Positions 48,101 to 60,100 of a DNA stretch of 64,000 nt are shown piece after piece. Positions within the stretch are counted from its first letter, which is position 1; every line of letters begins with the position of its first letter. Location of the stretch: the NCBI GenBank assembly GCA_903870815.1, contig CAIQEI010000025.1, forward strand, positions 30,661 through 94,660, read 5' to 3'. The notes beneath the pieces were generated by a model. The model searched no databases and was not told the DNA's origin. It saw only the letters and a program-made list of their open reading frames with translations. The stretch is from an uncultured Verrucomicrobia subdivision 3 bacterium. GTDB lineage: Bacteria; Verrucomicrobiota; Verrucomicrobiia; Limisphaerales; UBA11358. The translations under genes and the position numbers were made by a program.

Positions 48101-51100
48101 AACGGCCAGGTGGTTATTGCCGGCCAGTTCACTCAGGTGAACGGCACCAATCTGAATTCCGTTGCCCGCTTGAACGCGGACGGTACGGTCGATGCGAGCT
48201 TCAATCCCGGCGTCGGCCCGGATGGCCTGGTTAACGCCGTGGTGGTGGACCCGTCAGGCCGCGTCATCATCGGCGGTGAATTTGACACCGTCGCCGGTGT
48301 CCCGCGCGGTGGTGTGGCGCGGTTCAATGTGGACGGTTCGCTGGATGCCGCTTTTGACCCCGGCATCGGCACCTACAATCCCGACAGCGGTTCCACCGAC
48401 CCGGTCTATTCGCTGGCCTTGCAGCCGGACGGCCGGTTGCTGGTCGGCGGAGCGATGGCCTATTTTGAGTTGGCCACTTACAATGGTCTCGTGCGGCTCA
48501 GTCCGGATGGTACGGTGGATACCAGTTTCAACCCCGGCACCGGTACTTACAATCCGTTCACCGGCGTGGCGGATTCGGTCAATGCCATCACCCTCCAGCC
48601 GGACGGCAGGATTTTGATTGGCGGCGATTTCACCACTTACAATCAGACCCGGCGTGTCGGCATTGCGCGGTTGTTCAGCTTCGGCAGCTTGGACACCAGC
48701 TTCATGGATACGTATTACAACCAGTTTGCCGGCCTCATCAACCACTACCACAACCCGAACGCCGTCAATCCCAGCCTTTATCCGCCGGGTAACAACCGCA
48801 ATTTTGTGGACGCGATCGCTTTGGAACCCGGCACCACCAATGCCAATGTGATCATCGGCGGCGGTTTCCTCCGCGTCGGCGGCGGTTATTACCGCGAGGA
48901 TGTCCATCCGCGTAGCAACGTCGCGCGTTTGATTGGTGGGTCCACGCCCGGTCCCGGCAACATCGAGCTTTCCTACAACAAATATTCCGTGGATAGCAGC
49001 GCGGGCCAGCTGTTCGTTTCCCTCATCCGCACCAATGGCAGCCTCGGACCGGCCTCCGCGCTCTTCTCCACCAACATGGCGGCTCCTGGACCGGGCGTGG
49101 CCACCGGGGATGATTTCTCGCTTACCACCAATTATACCATGCCTACTTGGCCCACGCTTTGGTCGTTGAGCCCGACTTTTTCTTGGATGAAAAGCCCCGC
49201 CGTATACGGACCGAATTATCTGACCACTCCCGTGGTTCAAGGTCAGGCCTATGTTTATCTGAATATTAACAACAATTCGAACATCACCGGCAATGTGAAT
49301 GCCAATCTGGCGCTGTCCCGCCCCGATGATACCACGTTCTTCCTCGGTGGTGAAAAAATCCCCCTGGGTGTGGCGTTGGGCTGGCAGGATACCGCGCCGC
49401 TCACCATCATTGATGACAACTTTCTGCCCGGTGTGCTTGGGTTCAGTTCCTCCACCTATACGGTGAATGAAAATGCCGGCACGGCCACCATTACGGTGGT
49501 CCGCACCAATTTCACCGGCGGCGTGGTCCAGGTCAGCTATGCCACCACCAACGGTTCGGCCGTCAGTCCCACCAACTACACCGCCACCAGCGGTACCTTG
49601 ACCTTCCAGGCGGGTGACGCCAGCAAGAGCTTCACCATCCCCATCATCAATGGCACGATCTACCAGCCGGATACGACCGTGAACCTCCAGCTGAACACCC
49701 CTGCCGGCGGGGCGACGCTGGGCCGAAGCAATGCCGTGCTGACCATCGTTAACCAGAATTCCAAGTTCGGCCATCTGGGCTTTGTCTCGGCGGCTTACAA
49801 TGTCAATGAAAACGCCGGGACCGCCTTGATCGGCATCAGTCGTCTCGGCGGCTCGGTCGGCACGCTCAATGTCACCGCGTTCACCGCCGATGGTACTGCC
49901 ACCAACGGCGTGAATTATCTCGGTGTCACGACCAATTTGACTTGGAACAGCGGCGATGTCAGCACCAGGTATGTCGCTGTTCCCGTCCTCCATGACGGGA
50001 TCTTTACTTCCAATCTCACCGTGAATTTGTTGCTCACGAACGGAGTGTTGAACTCCGCGCCCAACAATGCCGTGGTGCTGGGTTATGGCGGCACCAATGC
50101 CGTTTTGAATATCGTTAACGTGGATTTCCCCGGCCAGGTGCAGTTCACCGCCGGGGCTTATTCCATCAAGAAATATGCCGGTTCCGCTTTGATCCCGGTC
50201 ATCCGCACCGGCGGCAGCGCCGGGACGGTCACGGTCAAATTCAATACGGTCAACGGTTACAATTCCGCCCAGGCTGGCGTGAACTATACCAGTACCAGTG
50301 GCACCCTCACCTTCGCCAATGGCGAGGTTTCCAAGTATTTCAACGTGCCCATCACGGCCGGGGCCACCAGCGGGTTGGTGTACTTGAACCTGATCCTGAC
50401 CAATGCCTTGGTGGTGGGCAATGCCATTCCATGGAATGCCCTGGGCACCCCGAGTAACGCCGTCTTGAACATTATTGACACCACCACGGTGAATGAAGTT
50501 CCCGGCCAGCCGGACGTCACTTACAGTCCCTATGCCGGCTTCAACAACGCGGTGTACGCTTTTGCGTTGCAGCCGAACAACCAATTGCTGGCCGGCGGTG
50601 ATTTTACCATGGCCGACGGGGTGCCGCGCCAGCGGCTCGCGCGCTTGAACTCGGACGGCTCGCTGGATGCGAACTTCTCGATGCCTTCCTCTGCCTTCGG
50701 GGCGGACGCCTCGGTGCGTGCCTTGGTTGTACAGGAGGATGGGCGGATTCTCGTGGGTGGCTACTTCACTAATTATAACAGCGTGACGGTGAACGGTATC
50801 GCGCGTTTGAATAACGACGGCTCGCTGGACAGCACCTTTAATGCGGGCTCGGGCGCGAATAGTCCGGTCTTTGCCTTGGGTGAAACCTACGTGGGCGGCT
50901 TGCGAAAAATTCTGGTGGGCGGCGCCTTCGCCTCCCTCAACGGGCAGGTGTTCAACTATATCGGGCGGCTCAATGATGACGGCACGCCGGATCTGGCCTT
51001 CAACGCGGGCGGTTTGGGGGCCAACGGGACCGTGTATGCGTTGGCGGTGCAGAGCGATGGGAAGGTGCTAATCGGCGGGGATTTCACGGCCTTCAACAAC

Positions 51101-54100
51101 ACGGCCGTGAACCATATTGCCCGGTTGAACGTGGATGGCACGCTGGATCTGAACTTTACCAATGCGATTGTCAATATCGCGGCGGGGGCAAACGGTTCGG
51201 TCCGTGCCATCACGCTCCAATCGGACGGGAAGATTTTGATCGGCGGGGCGTTCACGAGCGTCAATGGTACCGCCCTGAACCGCATTGCCCGCTTGAATCT
51301 GGACGGTTCGTTGGATGGCGGGTTCACGCCGGGCGCCGGTGCCGACGATCAGGTGTTGAGCATCGCGCTGCAGACCGATGAGCGGATTGTGGTGGGCGGG
51401 CAGTTCACGCACTTCAGCGGCGTGACCCGCAACCGGATTACGCGGTTGAATCCCAGCGGCACGGTGGATCCGGCCATCAATTTTGGCCCGGGCGCCAACG
51501 ATTTTGTCGCGGCGATCGCGGTGCAGGAAGCGACCATCGCGGGCTATCCCGCGAACGTGCCAGATGAGAAGTTGATCATCGGTGGCGGGTTCACCCAGTA
51601 TTTTGCCCAGCCGCATGCGCATCTGGCCCGTATCTATGGCGGGGCCATCAGTGGCGTGGGGGCGTTTGAATTCTCTTCGCCCACCTACCAGGTGAATGAA
51701 AACGGTGCCAATGTCTTGATCACCGTGATCCGCACCGGTGGCACTAGTGGTACTAACGCGGACGGCACCGGCGACATTTTTGTTCCCTTTGCCACGGCCA
51801 ATGGCACCGCCCTGGCGGGAATCAACTATAGCAACGTCGCGGTCAATCTGGATTTCCCGGCGGGCGAAGTGATCCAGACGGTGACCATCCCGGTGAAGGA
51901 TGACGGGATTATCACTCCAAATCTGACCGTCAACCTCTCGCTCAATCCCGTGGCGCCGGCGGCTTATGGTGACCAGCCGACCGCCGTGCTGACCATTGTC
52001 AATGTGGACAGTTCGATCAGCTTTTCCTCCTCCAATTATCAGGTGGCCAAGAACGTGCCGGGTAGCGTTAAGCAGATTGATATTTTCCGGCTGGGCAGCA
52101 CCGTCGGCACCGCCACGGTGCTGTTTAGCACCACCACCAGCGGAACGGCGTTGCCGTTCCTGGATTATTATCCGCAGACGAATGTGCTGGTGACGTTTAA
52201 TCCCGGCGTGTCGGATGTGAAGGTGCCGATGTCGATCACCAACAACACGTATCCCGAGGGCAACCAGACTGTCGGCCTGCAGTTGGCCAATGCGATCGGC
52301 TCCGCCTTGTTTAACCCGTCAAACGCGGTGCTGACCATCATTGACACGGTGCAATTGCCGGGTGTGCTGTTCTTTTCGGCGACGAATTACTCCGCCGTCC
52401 CGACGGACGGGAACGCCTATGTGACGGTGTACCGGACCAATGGGTTCTCGGGTATCGTCTCGGTGAATTATTTGATCCAGCCGGGCTCGGCGCAGCCGGG
52501 GGTGGACTACAACGCCACCGGCGGATTGCTGACCTTTGCCGAAGGGGTGACGAACCGCACTATCACGATTCCGCTCGTGCCCCAGGCGCAGGTGAAACCG
52601 CCGGTGAGTTTCTCGGTCTTGTTATCGAACGCTGTCAGCGGAGCCACGCTGGCCTATCCGAGCAATGCTACTGTGACTATTTCGAGTGCCATCGCTGGCA
52701 TCTCCTTCGTGTCGGCCACCAATGTGATTTCGGTCAATAGTGCCGCGATCGTCCTCAACGTCCAGCGTCTGTACAACACCAACAATGCCGTCTCGGTCAA
52801 TTACCAGACGGCGGATGGCACGGCCGTGGCCGGGGTGAATTATCTTACCACTAGCGGCCAGCTAACCTTCAACAGCGGCCAGACCTTGTTGCCCATTACC
52901 GTCCCGCTCCTCAATGCCACCAATTCGACGGCGAACCTGCAGTTCAATGTTCAGTTGACGAACCCGACCGGTGGTGCGCAATTGCTCGCGCCCTCTAATG
53001 CTGTTGTCATTGAGCAGCCCGCAGCTGCCAGCCCCAATCCCACAAACCTCAACGCGGGCACGTTCTTGTTCACTTCGCCCCAGTATGTCGTGAGCGACAA
53101 CGAATCGTTTTCTCCCCAAGATCCGGCCACCGCTGATGTGCCCACTTGGCTGGGCGCTCGCGTGACTGTCACCCGTACCAACGGTTCCAGCGGTCGCGTG
53201 ATTGTGCCCTACGCGGTGATTGTGACCAATCCGGCTGCCTTCTCGCTTTCGGGATTCGGTTTTGGCTTTAATTTCACGAATCTGCCGGTGGCCATCACCA
53301 ATAACGGCACCCTGGTATTTGATGACTACCAGATGAGTTCGGATATCGTGGTGCCGATCTCCCACCTCTTGGCGGTCACGAGTACCAACGGAATTTTTGG
53401 GACGAACGCGCCTTCGACGAACTCTCTGGTTCCTTATGCGCCGCCTGCTTATATCAACGTCTTGCTGGGCACCCCATCCTTGGACCCGTTGGAATCGTCC
53501 GACCTGAATCCGCCGCTGGCCGCCGGGGGAACCAATGGTACTCAGACAACCATAAAAGTTTTAAGCGCCACCCTGCCGGTCAGTGTGGCGGCGGCGAAGC
53601 CGGTCTTTTTCAATATTGAGCGGGCCACTTTCCGCGCCAGCCGGGGGATGGGCAGCGTGACCGTTTATGTTTATCCTTCCGCAGCTCCAACCGCGGACCC
53701 GGGGTATTCGGTCCAATACGCCTTTGATCATAACGCTTCAATGTTCAATGAAGGGCCGCAATACAATACCTTTGATCTCCAGGCGGGTTCGGATTACGCC
53801 AAACCCGGTACGGATTTTACCGATGGATCTGGCGGAACTTTAACTTGGGGCCAAGGTGATAAGACTCCGAAACCGATTACCATAACCATCGACAAAATTA
53901 ATACGGCGGCGTTTAATGAGGACATTGAAATCGAACTATACAATCCTTATGATAATACCACCTCCCCGCGCACTCCTCTAGCCTGGGGTCAGGTTCATAC
54001 GGCGACCGTCACCATTCTCTTCAATGTTGAGCCGGCTGGCGCGGTGGATCAAGGTTGGAACCCCGATGGTGCCAATAACTCCGTACCGCCGTTCTTGAGT

Positions 54101-57100
54101 TATCCTGGCACCGGTGGCGGTGTCAGCGACAGTGCCAACGGCAACGGCGGCACAGTCTATGCCGTGGCCGAGCAGCCCGATGGCAAGGCGATTGTGGCCG
54201 GCAGTTTCATCTCCTTCGACTCCAATCCTTACAACCGCATCGTGCGTTTGTTGAACAATGGTTATCAGGATCCGACCTTCCTGGCCACCCCGAACAGCGG
54301 CGCCAACGAAGCCATCTATGCCATGGCCCTGCAGCCGGATGGCCGGATTGTCATTGGCGGCAATTTCACCGCCTTCAACGGGGCCAACCGCAATCATATC
54401 GCCCGCTTGAACACTGACGGTACCGTGGACACGACGTTCAACCCCGGTTCCGGTGCGAATGGCCGGGTCTGGGCGGCTGCCCTCCAATCCGATGGCAAGA
54501 TCTTCATCGCGGGTGAGTTCACCGCTTACAACGGTACCAATTGCAACTACCTGGCGCGGCTGAATGCCGACGGCTCGCTCGATACCGGGTTCAACCCCGG
54601 CACCTCGCTGAATGGTCCGGTCTATGCCCTGGCTGTGCCGCCGTATGCCCCGCTGAATGTTAGCCGTGGTGCCCAAGGATTTGAAACCGAAGATGATAAT
54701 GTTGTCAATTTGGGTTCGTCCACCTCCGGGACACTGACGGTTAACTACAACATGTATTCCGTTCCCGACGACCTGCGGGTCTATTACGGCACCACCAATG
54801 GTGTATTGATTTTTGATACCGGCTACATCCCCGGCTCGGCAACCGTGGTAATTCCTTTTGGCCCCACCAATGGCATCACCACCAATGTCGTCACTATTGT
54901 CATGAATCAGGGCGGGGGACAACTGGGCACGGTTTGGGATTATACCGCCTCGATTGTCACCGCTGGTTCCACCCAGGTGTATGCCGGCGGCGCCTTTAAT
55001 CAGGTCAGCGGGGTAACCTATGGCGGTGTGGCCCGGTTCAATGGCGATGGCACGATTGATTATACATTCGCTCCCGGCATCGGTACCTATAATCCCTACA
55101 CCGGAGCCACTGATCCGGTTTATGCCTTGGGTCTGCAGTCGGATGGTAAATTGATTGCGGGCGGTGCCTTTTCCACGGTGGAGATGGCCAGCATCAATGG
55201 TATCACCCGGTTTAACCGGGATGGCACGGTGGATTTAACCTTCAGCACGCTGGGTACCAATAACGGTACTTGGAATCCGGCCACCGGCATTGCCGACACG
55301 GTCAATGCGATCACGCTTCAATCGGACGGGAAGATTGTGTTTGGCGGCAATTTCACCACCGTCAACCAGACCCGGCGCGTGGGTCTGGCCCGGTTATTCA
55401 CGGATGGCAGTCTGGATACCAGCTTCATGGATACGGCCTATAACCAGTTTGCGGGCATCATCAACCATTACCACAACTCGGTTGCGGTCAACACCAACGA
55501 CTACCCGCAGGGCAACCACCGCAACGCCATCAAGGCCATCGCTTTGGAGGCTGGCGGTAATGTGATTGTCGGCGGCAATTTCTTGCAGGTCGGCGGCGGT
55601 TCCTACGGCCATTCCGGCTCGATCGACAGTGTCGTGGGTAATAATCAAACCAACGGTATCATTAATAACGGTCGCATGGATGTTCATCCCCGGAGCAATG
55701 TGGCGCGTTTGATTGGCAATACCACGACCGGTCCCGGGAACCTGGAATTCTCCTACAACAATTATACGGTGGACAAAGATGCCGGTACCTTGTACGTGTC
55801 GCTGCTCCGTCTAAACGGTAACTTGGGCAGCATTGCCGCTAACTTCTTTTCGCCGCCGGGTGCCGCCGGCCAGCCGGGCATCGCCATTCAGGGGACCAAT
55901 GCCAATTTCTCCATTGGCAATTTGATGCCGGAATGGGATACCACCTGGTCCGTTCCGGGTTGGATGAAGAGCGCCGGTTTTGACGGTCAGAATTATAACT
56001 TCAATACGGGGGATTTGGCTAATGAAACCCTGACCATCTACAACAACTCGAATATCACGGGCAACCTGAATGCCAACCTCGCGCTGAACTCGCCCAATCC
56101 CAACCTCTTCTACCTCGGCGGCGAATTGATCCCGCTCGGTGCAGCCCTCGGCGCGACCCAGATCAGTCCGCTGACCATCATCGATAACAACTTCCCGGCG
56201 GGCACTTTCGGGTTCAGTTCGCCCACTTATACCGTGAATGAAAGCTCCAATACCGTGACCATCACGGTTGTCCGTACCAACGGCACCAGCGGCAGCGTGA
56301 GCCTCTCTTACGCTACGGCCAATGGCTCGGCGGTCACTCCGGCCAACTACACCGCCACCAGCGGTACCCTGACCTTCAATCAGGGTGATACCAGCAAGTC
56401 CTTCACGGTCCAGATCATTCCCAGCACGCTCAATCAGCCGGATAAAACGGTCAATCTCTCCCTCTCTGCTATCACCGGCGGTGGCGGCTACGGTTTGACC
56501 AATGCCGTCCTGACCATCGTGAACAACATTTACGGCGCCGGCCACATCGCCTTCGCCGCCCCCACCAATGTCGTGAGCGAAACCGCCGGGTTTGCCAACC
56601 TGGTGCTCAACCGCCTCGGGGCCAGCAGTGGCACCCTCGATGTTACCGCCATCACCGGCAACGGTTCGGCTGTCAATGGTGTGAACTACGTCGGCTCCAC
56701 GACCAACCTCCATTGGAACAGCGGAGATGCGCTGCCCAAGTCCATGATCGTTCCCGTCCTGCATGACGGGATTTACACTTCCAATTTGACGGTCAATATC
56801 CGGCTGACCAACGGTCTGGCGGGTGGTTTCCCCAACACCAACGTTTTGGGCCTCTCGTCCATCACCAACTCCACCCTCGTCATCTCTAATGTGGATTTTC
56901 CAGGCACCGTCGAATTTACCTCCGGAGCCTACTCGGTCAAAAAATCCGCCGGCTTTGCCCTGATTCCGGTGGTCCGCACCGGCGGCAGCGCCGGCACCGT
57001 CACCGTGACCATCTACACTTCCGACGGCTCGGCGCATAACGGCGTGAATTACACCGGCCAGACCAATGTTCTCACCTTCACCAACGGGCAGGTGAGCCAG

Positions 57101-60100
57101 TCCATCAACGTGCCCATCACGGCTGGTGCTGGCAGCGGACTGGTCTCGTTGAACCTGGGCCTTGCCAATGCCACGGCCGTGAACAGCTCCTTGCCTTGGA
57201 ATGCCCAGGGCAATCCCTCCAGTGCGGTGTTGAACATTATTGACACCAGTTCCGTCAATGAACCGCCCGGTTCGCCTGACATAACTTATAGCCCGCTGGC
57301 CGCTTTTAACGGGGCAGTGTACGCCTTTGCGTTGCAGCCAAACAACCAATTGCTGGCCGGTGGCGATTTCACCATGGCCGATGGGGTGCCGCGCCAGCGT
57401 TTGGCACGATTGAACCCGGATGGCACCCTCGATCCCACGTTCTCGCTGCCGTCCTCGGCTTTGGGTGCGGATGCCTCGGTGCGCGCCCTGGCCCTCCAGA
57501 CCGACGGGCGGATTCTCGTGGGCGGTTATTTCACCAACCTCAACAGTGTGGTGGTCAATGGTATTGCGCGCCTCAACTACGACGGCTCTTTGGACAGCCT
57601 CTTCAATCCGGGCTCCGGGGCGGATAGCCCCGTTTTAGCTTTGGGCGAAACCTTTGTGGGCGGCCTCCGGAAAGTTCTGGTGGGCGGCGCCTTTGCCTCG
57701 CTCAATGGGCAGGTGTTCAACTATATCGGGCGGCTCAATGACGATGGCACGCCGGATCTGACCTTCAATCCGGGCGGTTTGGGGGCCAACGGTACGGTGT
57801 ATGCCCTCGCCGTGCAGACCGATGGCAAGGTGATCATCGGCGGTGACTTCACCGCGTACAACAACACGGCCGTGAACCATGTGGCGCGGTTGAACGTGGA
57901 TGGCACGCTGGATTTGAATTTCCCCAATGCGGCTTCGAACCTGTCGTCTGGGGCAAATGGAACCGTCCGGGCGATTACCCTCCAGCTCGACGGTAAGATT
58001 TTGATTGGCGGAGCCTTCACTACTGTCAATGGCGTCACCATGAACCGCATTGCCCGGCTCAATTCTGATGGGTCCTCCGATGGTTCGTTCCTGCCGGGGG
58101 TCAGCTCGGGTGGTGGCCTGACCACCAATGCCATTCCGGTCAGCAATAATTCCTTCGAGAACCCCGTGGTGCCGGGCGGTAGCTATGTCACTGGTAACCC
58201 GCCGGGTTGGTCTTCGGCTCTCTTGAGCGGGACCGTGGATGCCGTGGTGAATCCGGGCCTGAGCGGTAGCAGCGAACCCTGGCCGGTGAGCCCCCCGCCT
58301 GGCCTTGACGCCGCCAATTTCTGCCAGATTTTCGCCTACGCCCCCGGTGGTGGTGGAACGGTTTATCAGGATACGGGTGTCAAGTATCAGGCCGGGGCAA
58401 CCTATACCCTCACGGCGGCCTTTGGCCTGCAGACCAACCAGCTTTTTGCCACCAACAGCATGATGGTGTTCTATAACTCCGCGCTGGTTCCCATCGCCTC
58501 CAATGTCATTAGCGCCTCCAAACTGATTTTGGGAGCATTTACCAACATGAGCCTCACCTACACCGGAACGGGCTTTGAAGGTGGTAATGGCGACATCATC
58601 GTCGGCTTTTCAGTACCTGCTTCTCCCAACGCTTCTTACCTGGATTTTGATAATGTCCGGGTGACCGCGGTCAATCCTCCGGCGGCCCTGGGTGCCGATG
58701 ATACGGTGTTGAGCATTGCGCTGCAGACCGACGAGCGGATTGTGTTGGGCGGACAGTTTACGCATTGTAGCGGCGTCAGTCGCAACCGGATCACGCGGTT
58801 GAACCCGAACGGTACGGTGGATCCGACGATCAATTTTGGCCCCGGCGCCAATGACTTTGTGGCGGCTATCGCCATTCAGGAAGCGACCATCGCGGGCTAT
58901 CCGGCGAATGTTCCGGATGAGAAAATTATCATCGGCGGCGGTTTCACCCAGTATTTCGGTCAGCCCTATTCGCATATCGCCCGCATCTACGGCGGCAGCG
59001 TCAGCGGCGTTGGGGCGTTCGAATTCTCTTCGCCTACCTATCAGGTGAATGAAAATGGCTTGAATGCCTTTGTTACCGTGATCCGCACGGGCGGCACGAG
59101 CGGTACGAACGCGGATGGCACCGGCGATGTCTATGTGCCGTTCGCCACGGCCAACGGCACCGCCCTGGCGGGGATCAACTATAGCAACGTCGCGGTCAAT
59201 CTGGATTTCCCGGCGGGCGAAGTGATCCAGACGGTGACCATCCCGGTGATCGACGACGGAATCATCACGCCGAACCTGACGGTCAACCTCTCGCTCAACC
59301 CCGTGGCGCCGGCGGCTTACGGCGACCAGCCCACGGCCGTGTTGACCATCATCAATGTGGACAGTTCAATCAGTTTCTCGTCGTCGAATTATCAGGTGGC
59401 CAAGAATGTGCAGGGCGGGGTGAAGCAGATTGATATTTTCCGGCTGGGCAGCACGGTCGGCACCTCGACGGTGGTGTTCAATACCACCACTAACGGAACG
59501 GCGTTGCCCGGCACGGATTACACGCCGCAGACGAATGTGCTCGTGACGTTCAATCCTGGGGTGTCGGATGTAAAGGTGCCGGTCTCGGTCGTGAATAACG
59601 GCCTGCCGGAGGGCAATCAAACCGTCGGCTTGCAGTTGGTGAATGCAATCGGCTCCGCGTTGGTTAACCCGTCGAACGCAGTCCTGACCATCATTGACAC
59701 GGTGCAGTTGCCGGGCGTCTTGTTCTTCTCGGCCACAAATTACGCCGTGGGCTCGTCGGATGGGAATGCCTATTTGACCGTGTACCGGACGAATGGATCC
59801 TCGGGCATCGTTTCCGTGAATTATACGATTTTTCCGGGCACTGCCCAATTTGGCGTGGACTACACGACCAGCGGTGGTTTGGTGACCTTTGCGGATGGGG
59901 TGACGAGCCGGACGATTACAGTTCCGATCGTGCCGCAGACGGTGGTGAAGCCGCCGGTGAGCCTGTCGGTGGTGCTGACGAACGCGGTGGGCGGGGCCTC
60001 ACTGGGTAATCCCGCCACCGCCAAGGTCACCATTTCCAGCGCCATCGCCGGCATCTCCTGCACGGCGGCCACCAATACGCTGCCGGAAACCAGCGGCTTC

